Below the pieces are notes generated by a model that saw only the letters and a list, made by a program, of their open reading frames with translations, searched no databases and had not been told where the DNA came from. Below, piece after piece: positions 9,970-20,310 of a DNA stretch of 64,000 bases. Each line of letters begins with the position of its first letter. Position 1 is the first letter of the stretch. The translations under genes and the position numbers were made by a program. The DNA is from Candidatus Bathyarchaeia archaeon (GTDB taxonomy: Archaea > Thermoproteota > Bathyarchaeia > 40CM-2-53-6), in contig JBEKSC010000007.1 of the NCBI GenBank assembly GCA_049517415.1, positions 29,887 through 93,886 on the forward strand. The letters are read 5' to 3'.

Positions 9970-10770
9970 GTGACCACAAAAGCTGTTATCAACGCGCCTC
10001 CGGCACACCACGATCAAGCTGAATTCGCTTGTGAGGACCTGGGATTCGCGTACGGCCCCAAATTCATCTTCAAAAACGTCAACTTAACCGTGTCCAATGA
10101 CGAACTTGTCGCAATCATAGGTCCGACCGGAACTGGAAAATCAACTCTGCTTCGAACTCTCGCCTATCTTATTCCTCCGACAACCGGCCACGTATTTCTT
10201 GAAGGAAAACAAATTACGCGACCTTCTTCCACCGTCTCACTGATTCATCAATCCATCGCAACCTTTCCTTGGATGACGGCTTTAGACAATGTCAAACTCG
10301 CGCTAATCTGCAAGAGAACACCCAACGACGAAGCGGTTCAAATCTCCAAGAAGATGTTGGATCTTGTAGGCCTAAAGGCGGACGAGAATGATTACCCCAA
10401 AGAAATGAGCGGAGGGATGAGGCAGAGAGTCGCGATCGCGAGAGCACTAGCAGCGTCGCCTGCAGTTCTGTTGATGGACGAACCATTCGTCCACCTCGAC
10501 GAAATAACCGCCGACGGTTTGAGACGAGAGATTTATTCACTTGTCTTTAACCCGGAGACGAGTCTCAAATCCGCAATCCTTGTATCGCATAACTTACATG
10601 AAGTCGTGCAACTCGCCGACAGGGTTTACGTAATGAACGGATCACCTGCGACAATCGTCGATCAAATTAAAATTGATTTACCAAGACCAAGGACCGAGCG
10701 AGACCCTCGGTTCCTAGACTATATCGATCAGCTATACGACGAATTGTCGTTAAAGACGTCAAGGGTCTGA
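9970..10770 (+). CDS. ABC transporter ATP-binding protein, NitT/TauT type (start approximate)
   Basis: GPTGTGKST, MSGGMRQR, LLMDEPF, SH motifs. Confidence 0.9.
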   Translation: MTTKAVINAPPAHHDQAEFACEDLGFAYGPKFIFKNVNLTVSNDELVAIIGPTGTGKSTLLRTLAYLIPPTTGHVFLEGKQITRPSSTVSLIHQSIATFPWMTALDNVKLALICKRTPNDEAVQISKKMLDLVGLKADENDYPKEMSGGMRQRVAIARALAASPAVLLMDEPFVHLDEITADGLRREIYSLVFNPETSLKSAILVSHNLHEVVQLADRVYVMNGSPATIVDQIKIDLPRPRTERDPRFLDYIDQLYDELSLKTSRV

Positions 10771-10773
10771 CAA

Positions 10774-12441
10774 GTGGATCTTCTCATTCCACTGGCTACG
10801 CTTGCGACCGTCGGCAGAATATTCGCACTCATTGCTCTCTCTATCATAACCGGATGGCTGCTCGCTTACGCATCGATTAAGAGCAGGAGATTCGAGAACG
10901 CATACGTTCCATTAACCAACGTGTTTGAATCGATCCCAGTCATAGGCTTCCTTCCTCTAGTTTTAGTCGCATTCGTTCTCGCGATCCCTGGCGCGATAGG
11001 AGTGGAGGCGGCCGTCGATTTTCTTGTTTTCGATGCTGTTGCGTGGAATGTCTGGATTGGCGTATACCAAGCGTTCAAGACGGTACCCGAACACTTGCTT
11101 GAAGTCTCGGAAAACTACAACTTCGGATTCCTAAGAAGAATGAGATACCTATTCATCCCTCACTCCATCCCAAGAATAACATCAAACATTTTCTCAAGTT
11201 TCGCTGACGCATTCTTCTATATTTCCGTTAGCGAAGTGTTTACCGCCGGAGCTGCAACAGCGAGCGTCTGCCACGGCGGTGTTTGCTCAACTTTCGGGAT
11301 CGGAACCGTGATTGCCCATTTCGTGGTTACTGGGAATTATGTTGGCGTTTTCTATTCCCTCGCGTCGATTGCTGTTGCAGTCATCGCAGTAACGCTGTTA
11401 CTCACATGGCTAAGCAGGTGGGCCGTGGCGAAGTACGGGGTCGATACACCGGGCGTCATTAAACGCCATGCCGGTAGATGGCGGGGACGTATGGCTTACC
11501 CTTGGCGCAAGTGGCGAGCACATCTTGCGTTTCGCGGCCAAAGCTTACCCTTTTCGAGATACGCATTTAGAATGAGACCACACTGGCACAATCACCATAT
11601 GCAGAGCGAGCGTTTTGATAAATCAAAGATCGTGAAGTACGTTTGCATCGTTCTTGTTGCTGCTATCCTAGCCTATCTTGCCTACTCCTCTTTCGTGCTG
11701 ATAATTTCTGTTCCTTTTGCCATGTGGTACGGTTTCCTGCAGGAAACACCGCAACTCCTCGAATACGTTGGGGCGGATTACATTCGGGTGAGCGTCATAA
11801 CTCTAGCCTCATTGGGTTTGGCGGTTTTCGCGGGGTACTTCCTCGCTTCGCATCACAGGATAGGTAACGTAGTTCTCCCTGCAATTCAGGCGTTTGCGGC
11901 GTTTCCCGCGCCGACCTACTTTCCCTTGCTCTTCATAGTGACCATTCCTTTCCTCGAGAGCTTCCTACCGTTCTTCTATACTGAGGTCTACATATTTCTG
12001 TTGGGTTTCCTAAGTTGCTTCTATTACGTCTTCTTTGACTTTTGGATTGGTGTTCAGGCCATTCCTTCGGAGTTTATCGACGTGGTACAGAACCACGAGG
12101 TCCCATTCTGGACTAGGATGAGGCGGGTAATCCTACCCGCAAGCTTGCCATACCTCATCACAGGCCTTTCAAGCACCATTAACAGTGCTTGGGCGGGGAT
12201 GGCGATTGGGGAGTTTTGGCCGGATATAGCCCCGAAAGTAGCTCCCCGAGGACTACAAGCCCCATTTGGAATGATGTATTACATCACCTCAAACATTGCG
12301 AAAGGGGCTATTGGCCCAGCCGCCTATGTTTCATTTTTGTTCGCCGTTGTCGTGGCCATCTATGGAATAGTGTTCACAAGGAACGCTATGGATTTGGCTA
12401 GGAGGAAGTATGTGGTGGAGGAGGGCATTTTCGCTGCGTAG
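10774..12441 (+). CDS. ABC transporter permease, duplicated NitT/TauT TM domains
   Basis: Two EAA-like loops, ~12 TM, coupled to the ATPase gene. Confidence 0.85.
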   Translation: MDLLIPLATLATVGRIFALIALSIITGWLLAYASIKSRRFENAYVPLTNVFESIPVIGFLPLVLVAFVLAIPGAIGVEAAVDFLVFDAVAWNVWIGVYQAFKTVPEHLLEVSENYNFGFLRRMRYLFIPHSIPRITSNIFSSFADAFFYISVSEVFTAGAATASVCHGGVCSTFGIGTVIAHFVVTGNYVGVFYSLASIAVAVIAVTLLLTWLSRWAVAKYGVDTPGVIKRHAGRWRGRMAYPWRKWRAHLAFRGQSLPFSRYAFRMRPHWHNHHMQSERFDKSKIVKYVCIVLVAAILAYLAYSSFVLIISVPFAMWYGFLQETPQLLEYVGADYIRVSVITLASLGLAVFAGYFLASHHRIGNVVLPAIQAFAAFPAPTYFPLLFIVTIPFLESFLPFFYTEVYIFLLGFLSCFYYVFFDFWIGVQAIPSEFIDVVQNHEVPFWTRMRRVILPASLPYLITGLSSTINSAWAGMAIGEFWPDIAPKVAPRGLQAPFGMMYYITSNIAKGAIGPAAYVSFLFAVVVAIYGIVFTRNAMDLARRKYVVEEGIFAA

Positions 12442-12459
12442 GTCGTGCTGTCGGTCTGG

Positions 12460-12900
12460 TCAGCTGAATGACTTATAAATTGCAGGATATTTTTCGATAA
12501 GTATTAGGTTGAGTTTGAGAACGTTTACGTACGGATCGCCGGTGATCCATATTGTTCTGTCGACGTTATCATTGACGATTTGCTTAATCGAATCTAGAGG
12601 GATTCCTGTTGCGTTGCTTACTCGCGGAATTTGTGAGTAGGCATCTTGAAGGGTTATGTCGGGATCCACGCCTGAGGCTGAATTGTTCGCCCAATCTGCA
12701 TGGAAGAACATTGAGGAATTGAAGTTCTGAGCGATCATGACCGCTCCTACTGGACGACCGTGGAGTTGCACTATGCTGCCGTTTGCCTGGGACGGGAGCA
12801 GAACTTGCGCAACACCGGTCACTAAGAGTGGGAAGGCTAGTCCACATAATACGAGTGAAATGATTGCCAGTCGAAGGGTCGGCCCATAATTACTTACCAA
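12460..12900 (-). CDS. kdpC: K+-transporting ATPase subunit C (short form)
   Basis: QANGS, SASGVDPDIT, YVNVLKLN motifs; last gene of kdp operon. Confidence 0.92.
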   Translation of the reverse strand: MVSNYGPTLRLAIISLVLCGLAFPLLVTGVAQVLLPSQANGSIVQLHGRPVGAVMIAQNFNSSMFFHADWANNSASGVDPDITLQDAYSQIPRVSNATGIPLDSIKQIVNDNVDRTIWITGDPYVNVLKLNLILIEKYPAIYKSFS

Positions 12901-12913
12901 ACTTGATAGCCTC

Positions 12914-15055
12914 CTATGGATGCATCGCCAAGATTACGATATCTATTAGCTTGATTCCGACGAACGGGACTATGACTCCTCCGACTCCATAGATCAACGT
13001 GTTCTTCAGGAACAGTGTCATGGTGTCAGATGGTTTGAAGGCTACACCCTTCATGGCTAGTGGAATCAGGAGCGGTATTATGATTGCGTTGAATATCAAC
13101 GCGGAGAGAACGGCAGTGTGTAAGCCCAGTCCAAGAATATTCAGGGCCTGAAGTTCGGGTATGACCGCAAAAAGGACTGGCGTAATGGCGAAATATTTCG
13201 CTACATCATTTGCGATGCTAAATGTTGTGACTGCTCCGCGTGTCATGAGGAGCTGTTTTCCGAGCATGACAACTTCGATGATTTTCGCGGGATTGGATTC
13301 TAGGTCAACCATGTTGGCTGCTTCTTTTGCTGCTTGAGTTCCGGAATTCATTGCCAGTCCGACGTCGGCAAGAGCAAGGGCGGGTGCGTCATTAGTTCCG
13401 TCACCGATCATGGCAACAATTCTTGAGTTGGCTTGTTCACGTTGGACGATTCCATACTTGTCTTCGGGTTTTGCTTGAGATACAAATTCGTCAATGCCTA
13501 CTTCCGTTGCGATGCTTTTGGCTGTGAGTGGATGGTCTCCAGTTATCATCACGGGCCGTATGCTCATTGCCTTGACGGATTGAATCTTTTCCTTGATACC
13601 AGGCTTCAAAATGTCTCTTAGCCGAATAATGCCGATTACTTCGCGGTTCTTGGTTATTGCAACTGGACTGTCGCCTTGGTCGGAAATCTTGGTTATGACA
13701 TCGTCGAGGTCAGGTGGAGTTACTTCCGCGAGCTTCTTTATTGCGTCTGGAGCACCTTTGATTATCTCAACTTCGCCGCCGGCCAAGGAGCTGGTTATTG
13801 AATCTGTGAACTTTCGCCTGAATCTCGCCCTCTCCTGACCACCTTTGGGGAGCATGAAGCCCGTACCGCCGGTGAATTTCACACCACTCGTTCTGGTCGT
13901 CGCGGAGAACTCATAGGACTCGGATAAGGCAAGGTCGTTCAACTCATTCGGTATCAAACCGCTACTGTAGGCTAACCTGATTATGCTACGACCTTCAGGC
14001 GTGTCATCATGCCAGGAGGCGAGGAACGCCGCTTCTCCTACTTCTCGTTCTGAGTGGCCTGCGAACGGTATGAATTCTATTGCTTGTCTGCTTCCTACGG
14101 TTATTGTTCCCGTCTTGTCGAGAAGGATCGTGTCTGTGTCGCCTGCGGTCTCAATTGCCCTCCCTGACTTCGCAACAATTTTCCGCGCGTAGAGCCTAGA
14201 CATACCAGACAGCCCTATCGCAGGAAGAAGTGCACCTATAGTTGTTGGAAGGAGGCAAACATACAATGCGATGAGAACTGACAGGTCGGCTCCGAGGCTG
14301 AGTACAACGGATAATCCAAGAAGCGCGAAGATAATTATTGTAAAAATGGCTGTAAGGCCGATGAGGACTACGATAACAGCCTGTTCGTTTGGTGTCTTAG
14401 GTCTCTTCGAGGATTCTACTAATCTAATCATCTGATTGATGTAGCTATCCTCAGGGTTTACAGTAACCTTGGCGGTTAATGTATCGCTAATTAGCTTTGA
14501 ACCGCCGATTAGGGGATCGCTGGGTGCCTTCCTGACGGGTACAGATTCGCCCGTGAGAAGAGATTCATCCACCATCGCTATACCTTCAGTGACTTCTGCG
14601 TCTATCGGAATCAGGTCACCCCTCCCAAGCAAAATCATGTCCCCTCGACGTAATTGACCAGAAGGAGTAAGGACGACCGTCTGCTCCTCAGATTCGCCTT
14701 TTTTCTCAACGACTATTTTCTTAGTCATGGCTTCTGTTTCAAGTTTCCTAAGACTGTTCGCAGTATTCTTTGCCTGCGTTTCAGCGAGAGAGTCTGAGAG
14801 AGTGCTAAACCAGACCGTAATGAGTAAAATTACCGCAACTTCAACATAGAAGACCCGCTCATTCGGGCTTGCTACCGGAACGAACCATTGCGGGTACACG
14901 GCCATCGCTGTTACAATGAAGAAGGTGACTTCGACGATGAACATCACTGGGTTTTGTATGAGCGAAATTGGGTTCAATCGAACGAGTGAGTCGACAAATG
15001 TTTTCCCGGACATAGCCCCTTGCGAAAAGCCAATTCGCCGAACCTTCTCTGACAT
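12914..15055 (-). CDS. kdpB: K+-transporting P-type ATPase subunit B
   Basis: TGES, DKTGTIT, KGAPD, TGD, GDGTNDAPAL; LLPTTIGALL. Confidence 0.96.
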   Translation of the reverse strand: MSEKVRRIGFSQGAMSGKTFVDSLVRLNPISLIQNPVMFIVEVTFFIVTAMAVYPQWFVPVASPNERVFYVEVAVILLITVWFSTLSDSLAETQAKNTANSLRKLETEAMTKKIVVEKKGESEEQTVVLTPSGQLRRGDMILLGRGDLIPIDAEVTEGIAMVDESLLTGESVPVRKAPSDPLIGGSKLISDTLTAKVTVNPEDSYINQMIRLVESSKRPKTPNEQAVIVVLIGLTAIFTIIIFALLGLSVVLSLGADLSVLIALYVCLLPTTIGALLPAIGLSGMSRLYARKIVAKSGRAIETAGDTDTILLDKTGTITVGSRQAIEFIPFAGHSEREVGEAAFLASWHDDTPEGRSIIRLAYSSGLIPNELNDLALSESYEFSATTRTSGVKFTGGTGFMLPKGGQERARFRRKFTDSITSSLAGGEVEIIKGAPDAIKKLAEVTPPDLDDVITKISDQGDSPVAITKNREVIGIIRLRDILKPGIKEKIQSVKAMSIRPVMITGDHPLTAKSIATEVGIDEFVSQAKPEDKYGIVQREQANSRIVAMIGDGTNDAPALALADVGLAMNSGTQAAKEAANMVDLESNPAKIIEVVMLGKQLLMTRGAVTTFSIANDVAKYFAITPVLFAVIPELQALNILGLGLHTAVLSALIFNAIIIPLLIPLAMKGVAFKPSDTMTLFLKNTLIYGVGGVIVPFVGIKLIDIVILAMHP

Positions 15056-15070
15056 CTCATTCGCCTCGCA

Positions 15071-16729
15071 CTATTGACTAAACCCGTTCACATTTCCGTG
15101 AAGGAAGGATAGTATAGGGCCCATTGCGAGGAATGGAAAGAAGGTTAAGACAACAAGGATCAGGGTGGCCCCAATGAGTATGATTGAAAACGTCAAGCTA
15201 TCAGTCCGTAGCCCTATCTCTGCATGTCTCTTCCTGCCGAGCATAGAGCCTGCGAGCGCCAAGAGCAAGAAGATGGGAAGGAACCGACCTGCAAACATTA
15301 CCAGGCCCGTTGAGATGTTGAAGAATGGGGTATTCGCAGTCGCTCCTAGAAAGTCAGAGCCGTTGTTTGCCGCTGCAGACGTGTACTCGTATAAGATTTG
15401 GATAAAAGCGGTCGCATTCCCGCCTACGCCGATAGCGTTGGCAGCTCCTGTAGCATAGGCTAGGACCGTAGGTAACAGGATTATGATCGGATGAATAAGG
15501 AAGGCCGCCATTACAAGCAATACGTCGCGTCCGTGAATTTTCATTCCCAAGTATTCCGGCGTTCTGCCCGACATGAGCCCAACTATGAACACGGTAATGA
15601 CGATGTACATGACCATGTACATCATTCCAACACCCTTTCCACCGGGCGTTGCTTGAATCAACATGCCCATGAAGGCCGCGAGTATCACAAGCGGGTGCAT
15701 GCCGAAGAGCGAAGCGTTAACAGAACCAGTTGTAACGGCCGTCGTGACTACGGTCCAGAAGGCTGAGAAAAATCCTCCAAACCTAACCTCCATGCCCGGA
15801 CCAAGTTGGGGAGTCGGGACAAAAGCGATTATCAGATCTATGATGAAAAGCCCGTAGGAGGCCCAAAGTATTGGCCTACTTTCCTTTCTCTTTCCAAGCG
15901 CCTCACCCCATACGAAGCACAAAACTGTCGGCAGAAGCAACATCAGAATGATTTGAAGAACGTCCGATGCGGGATTCGGATTCTCTAATGGGTAGGCGGA
16001 GTTTGCTCCGTAATATCCCCCGCCATTTGTACCTATCTGCATTATCGATACGAGAGACGCGACGGGGCCGACCAGAATAAGTTGGGTCGCTCCTTCCACT
16101 GTTTTCACGGCGGTGTAACCGTTGAGCGTCTGAGGCACGCCTAACCAAACGAACGTCATTGCGGCTACAAAGCACAGAGGGAAGAGTATCCTGGTCAGGG
16201 TTCTCACGAAGTCAACATAGAAGTTGCCTAGGTCTTTGGAACCGGTCTTGAAGCCTCTTGCCATTGCTATAGCGGCGCATAATCCTGATGCCGCTGAAGT
16301 GAATTGTAGAAACTGAACCGCGGACATCTGGCTTAGATAAGAAAGCGTGCTCTCCCCATTGTAATGCTGAAGGTTCGTATTGGTTGCAAATGAGATAACT
16401 TGCATGAAGGCAAGATCCCATGTTAATCCAGGAAAGCCCTGTGGATTCAGCGGTAGTCTGTCTTGGAAGACAAAGATCAGAAAGGCAAGCGCCATTTGAA
16501 AGATGTTAAGCAGCATCAATGACAGAGAATATTGCTTCCAATCCATTCGATGATCTTTGTTAACGCCCCCGAGTCGGTAGATTGTGTTCTCGATCGGTGT
16601 TAGCAACCTATCAGGGCGGCTTGGCGCACAGGCAAACACTCTTGTCACATAGGGCGCTAGAAGGCGGCCTAAAGCAATTACTAAAGCGAATATCAATGCA
16701 ATGACGGATAATTGAATGAGATCGATCAA
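15071..16729 (-). CDS. kdpA: K+-transporting ATPase subunit A
   Basis: SFATNTNLQHY, GTNGGG, SAAANNGS motifs. Confidence 0.96.
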   Translation of the reverse strand: MIDLIQLSVIALIFALVIALGRLLAPYVTRVFACAPSRPDRLLTPIENTIYRLGGVNKDHRMDWKQYSLSLMLLNIFQMALAFLIFVFQDRLPLNPQGFPGLTWDLAFMQVISFATNTNLQHYNGESTLSYLSQMSAVQFLQFTSAASGLCAAIAMARGFKTGSKDLGNFYVDFVRTLTRILFPLCFVAAMTFVWLGVPQTLNGYTAVKTVEGATQLILVGPVASLVSIMQIGTNGGGYYGANSAYPLENPNPASDVLQIILMLLLPTVLCFVWGEALGKRKESRPILWASYGLFIIDLIIAFVPTPQLGPGMEVRFGGFFSAFWTVVTTAVTTGSVNASLFGMHPLVILAAFMGMLIQATPGGKGVGMMYMVMYIVITVFIVGLMSGRTPEYLGMKIHGRDVLLVMAAFLIHPIIILLPTVLAYATGAANAIGVGGNATAFIQILYEYTSAAANNGSDFLGATANTPFFNISTGLVMFAGRFLPIFLLLALAGSMLGRKRHAEIGLRTDSLTFSIILIGATLILVVLTFFPFLAMGPILSFLHGNVNGFSQ

Positions 16730-16812
16730 ACGGCCCTAGCACCATCTACTTACTCCAGAACCTTCATCAACACTATGGATTAGTTGCATCAAGATTCCTA
16801 GAAAGGAAAATG

Positions 16813-17094
16813 TTACTGCGACTTTGCGGGGTTAGCGCCGTTCCTTGGCCCTTTGGGTGCACTTAGTACGATCGAAGTGACCGTACTCTTTACGCCTTTA
16901 ATTTTCAGGATTTTATTTTTCAGAAGTTCCCGAAATTCCTCAATGTCAGCTGCCGAGACAAGCGTGACAATATCAAATTCGCCCGTTACTTCGTACAGTT
17001 CTTCCACGCTAGGTAACCGGGACAGGGTTTGTACAACGTCGCCAAGAGTTGGCGAGTCGACAAAAATGTTTACGAAGGCCAAAAGACGTGCCAA
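16813..17094 (-). CDS. Stand-alone Lrp/AsnC ligand-binding (RAM) domain protein
   Basis: AFVNI..V.ELYEVTGEFDIV..GVKSTVTSIVL; no HTH; probable TTG start. Confidence 0.85.
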   Translation of the reverse strand: MARLLAFVNIFVDSPTLGDVVQTLSRLPSVEELYEVTGEFDIVTLVSAADIEEFRELLKNKILKIKGVKSTVTSIVLSAPKGPRNGANPAKSQ

Positions 17095-17240
17095 AGTCAA
17101 CCATCGATCCTTTGCTCCGGATTTGCAACTTGAAACCACACCGAAACGTGCCCTATAAATTAAGCGTTGCCGTTCAATTAGTTGCGATTTCAATCAAAAT
17201 TTCCAGATGGGAGGAAATTTCTGCGTAACTTAGTTATTGG

Positions 17241-17262
17241 CTACTCTTGGAACCAAGAGTAG
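17241..17262. promoter_or_regulatory. Inverted repeat CTACTCTTGG-AA-CCAAGAGTAG
   Basis: Perfect 10-bp arms; upstream of the Lrp-kdp genes; function unknown. Confidence 0.45.
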
Positions 17263-17315
17263 GGTTCCGCAGAAGTTTTTTCCTCAGACAGACGTCTTGG
17301 CTTTTCCTTCTTCAT
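17241..17315 (-). CDS. Putative 24-aa microprotein MKKEKPRRLSEEKTSAEPYSWFQE
   Basis: ATG preceded by AAGGAGGA; ends within a 22-bp inverted repeat. Confidence 0.35.
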   Translation of the reverse strand: MKKEKPRRLSEEKTSAEPYSWFQE

Positions 17316-17411
17316 GCCGTATCCTCCTTCACGCTTTTTCTCGGATACTAGAGCTATTTGTGTAACCGCTGCGATTCATGTGAGCTATAGGATTCTGTTA
17401 TATTCGCAACA

Positions 17412-18506
17412 TCATTGCTTCTTTGCGGTTTGTTGTGTTGCCTCTTCTACTGTGAGATTCAGCACAACTTCCGCAACGTCGCTGGCGTATTCTCCAATTC
17501 TTCTAAGGCTGTCGGAGATTAGGGTCGTTGCGGATAGGTCGTTAGCAGATATCTTCTCTTTGAGCAGCCGGTCCAGCAGCTTAGACTCGAGTACTCCCAT
17601 CTTGTCCTTTTCAAGAAGGGTCTTCTCAGCAAGCTCATAGTCATGCGTAAACAGGGCGTTCAACGCGCTTTCCATCACCTTGTACGAGAATTGTGCCAGA
17701 GCGTTGGTTTCCTTTCTAACCGCAGGTTCAAGAGGTTGATTTAGTGCTAGTGAATTCTGTGCCACGCGGCAGGCATGGTCTGCTGAACGCTCGACACTTT
17801 TCGTGATTATTCTGTATCCCAAGCACTCGACCGGAGTGTTGAGACCTATTCGTTCCAGTAATGGCAGATGCTGGACCGCCCATTTCAGCTGCCGTATAAT
17901 GTAGAGACTGAACCGATCTATTTCATCGTCAATCTTGATGACCTGTGCCGCTAAGTCCTTGTCTCCATCGATAAGGGCCTGCATCGCATCATGTTGCATT
18001 GAACTCATTATCGACCCCATCCGCCGGAGAGCATCAGGAACGAGTAGTTGAGGATAGTTTAGAAGAACTTGCAAGGTAGCGCTTTTAGCAGACTCGGTCA
18101 CCATCTCCGTGCCCACCAACTTCTGTCGCGCTACATCACGTATCGCATCACGAACCCGCGCTGCGAGATTGCCCGATTTTGAGCTAATGTCAATCGTTGA
18201 ATATCCAATGACATACAACGAGATGATTTTCCTGGTCACAGCACTTGGATCAGCGTCCGGCGCGACCGACAATTCGCACCTCGTGCGCTCTCCATCAGTT
18301 CTCACCGTATCAAACGGAATCAGAAGGAGTCCTTGGTTCTGCTGCTTGCTGAACTCAACACGCCCTCCTTTCTTAAGCCCCGCAGATTCAACCCAATGCT
18401 TAGGGATAGATACGATGAAGGACCCACGCCCTGTCACTTGCACTCGGCGAACGTACCTATCCTCGAAGCTCTTGTCGGCATCTATGACTGATTTCATGGT
18501 ACCCAT
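17412..18506 (-). CDS. phoU: Archaeal phosphate uptake regulator (AbrB-like N-terminus plus two PhoU domains)
   Basis: RRVQVTGRGSFIVSIPKHWV; DDEIDR, ERSADHA, RRIGEYASDVAE. Confidence 0.9.
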   Translation of the reverse strand: MGTMKSVIDADKSFEDRYVRRVQVTGRGSFIVSIPKHWVESAGLKKGGRVEFSKQQNQGLLLIPFDTVRTDGERTRCELSVAPDADPSAVTRKIISLYVIGYSTIDISSKSGNLAARVRDAIRDVARQKLVGTEMVTESAKSATLQVLLNYPQLLVPDALRRMGSIMSSMQHDAMQALIDGDKDLAAQVIKIDDEIDRFSLYIIRQLKWAVQHLPLLERIGLNTPVECLGYRIITKSVERSADHACRVAQNSLALNQPLEPAVRKETNALAQFSYKVMESALNALFTHDYELAEKTLLEKDKMGVLESKLLDRLLKEKISANDLSATTLISDSLRRIGEYASDVAEVVLNLTVEEATQQTAKKQ

Positions 18507-18850
18507 CTAGATGCGCCGGGATTTCTATGTAACGGTTCTAGATTACTATATCTTGCTAGCCGTAACTATGTATACCACTGAATCATCGATGTAACAAGCG
18601 TAGTCGGCAATCCGTTTAAGGTACCTCATAACTAGCGTTGAGGGCAAGTGCACATTTCGCGGATATCGTCTTGTCTCCGGTGACGGTTCTCTACAATTGA
18701 ACCGGGTGTCTACATAAAGGGTAAAACGGGAGTAAGAAGCGAAGATGATGTTGTGATCACGAAGCAGGGGAGAAGGGCACTGACGAAGGTTCTTGCAATG
18801 GAATTCGGGTGGTGGCGCTAGCGCCACATATCCGAATTGTTTGTGACAGG

Positions 18851-19696
18851 TTACTTGTAAATCAGCGAACAACTCAGACAGGCCGGATTATCGCAAAGCA
18901 ATGCGTTGGGTTGTTTCTCGATGAGAGATTCTGCCCGGTCAATCAGAGTCTTCATCGAGTAGGCTTGTGAGTCTGCGGCTCCAATCTTTGCCTCTTTGAA
19001 ATCTTTGCTCCCAAGGTGAGCCTTGAGCTTCTCGAAGCCATTACTGCATCCCAACGCGGTGATGTCAACCCACGTACGCCCTTTCGAGGTGAAGGTAAGG
19101 GCGCGCTCTCGCACGAACTTGGCGTTCAGCTTTAGTTGCTCGGCTAAATAAATGGCTGTTACCGAATCGAAACCCGCGCCAACAGCTAACACCTTTGGAT
19201 CCAGCTTCAGGAATCTCTTGAGTGGTAGGAGTGGGTCCTCTAATGAATAAGTCCGAACTAGGTCGTCTCCATGCTTTCCCACCGCGACGAACGAATATGC
19301 TGGATGGCCGCTTCGCCTCGAAGAGGGCCAACTGCATAACCTCTGGGCGATTACCCCGATGTTCCTGTCTGGTTGCAATTCGGGAATGAATGGCAAATGC
19401 CGATCTTCATGACCCTCACACCAACACCCAAGCTTGGTATTGTTCTCATGTGAGACAGTATGTCTTGTGATTGAGGTGAAGGTAGGCATCAACAGCGTCC
19501 CAGTCTTGCCGACGACGCCCAGCAAACGGTGCAACACCATCGCGGCCTCCCCATCAACTGCCCCGATATTATCGAGGAACGCATGCATGATAATTCGGTC
19601 GCCTTCACGAAGACCAAGCTGCCTGAAGCCTTCGGTTAATTCCTCTGGAGACACTTTTCTCGGTTCTACGGCACTTGGTTGGATTGGGTATGTCAC
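18851..19696 (-). CDS. AAC(3)-family N-acetyltransferase
   Basis: LGLREGD.I.MH, GTLLMPTFT, RS.HP.YSF.A.G motifs. Confidence 0.85.
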   Translation of the reverse strand: MTYPIQPSAVEPRKVSPEELTEGFRQLGLREGDRIIMHAFLDNIGAVDGEAAMVLHRLLGVVGKTGTLLMPTFTSITRHTVSHENNTKLGCWCEGHEDRHLPFIPELQPDRNIGVIAQRLCSWPSSRRSGHPAYSFVAVGKHGDDLVRTYSLEDPLLPLKRFLKLDPKVLAVGAGFDSVTAIYLAEQLKLNAKFVRERALTFTSKGRTWVDITALGCSNGFEKLKAHLGSKDFKEAKIGAADSQAYSMKTLIDRAESLIEKQPNALLCDNPACLSCSLIYK

Positions 19697-20310
19697 TGAG
19701 TTCCGCCCAATTTCCTGATTCTTGGAAGTATCATCATGATCTCGGAAGGGTCTCCTATCGCGAGGTAGCTTCCCTCAGCGTAATCTTTGGCAACGAGGGC
19801 GCAGTTTATTGAATCGAGTTCGTCGCCTGTCAAGTCTCTTCTGGTGATGTCTCCTTTACACCTGAGCCTAAGAAGACTTTGTTGAAGTTCTGGTAGGCCA
19901 CGCTGTTTCCGTGGAATCCCGAGCAAGTCCTGCGCTGCGCCCGGGAAGGCTTCAAACACTTCAAGGTTCAGTCGTTGGAGCTTTTTCTTGAGTCGAATGC
20001 CTCTAGCTGTGAGAGTTCTCATTGGCCCGATTGTTATCGGAAAGAATTTGATTCCCATCCGGGTTAGAACTCTGTCACAGGCTCGAAAGTGCTCGCGACC
20101 GCGACAATGCTCTCCAAGACAATGGCGGCCCTTGGGCAGCGCGAGCGGTGCATCAACCCCAACGTACTTGGCCCCGCTTTTACGTACAAATGCGAGAATC
20201 TCATCGTCGCCATAGAGGATAACACATTTCACCTTCATTTTTCCATCAATCACACAACCGCCCGTCGGACGGTTTGGGGATCCGGCCAAATCCAGCCCAA
20301 CATAATTCAC
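19693..20310 (-). CDS. DUF429 family protein (RNase H-like fold)
   Basis: YVGLDLA, VGVDAPL, R.CD, E.FP, DELD motifs. Confidence 0.85.
   Translation of the reverse strand: MNYVGLDLAGSPNRPTGGCVIDGKMKVKCVILYGDDEILAFVRKSGAKYVGVDAPLALPKGRHCLGEHCRGREHFRACDRVLTRMGIKFFPITIGPMRTLTARGIRLKKKLQRLNLEVFEAFPGAAQDLLGIPRKQRGLPELQQSLLRLRCKGDITRRDLTGDELDSINCALVAKDYAEGSYLAIGDPSEIMMILPRIRKLGGTQ

Noticed and set aside
16730..16812. kdpF
   Set aside because: No short hydrophobic ORF with a KdpF-like ending.
18851..19696. Aminoglycoside resistance determinant
   Set aside because: Family membership alone does not show resistance; chromosomal context. The same applies to the Vgb-like propeller at 39632-41182.
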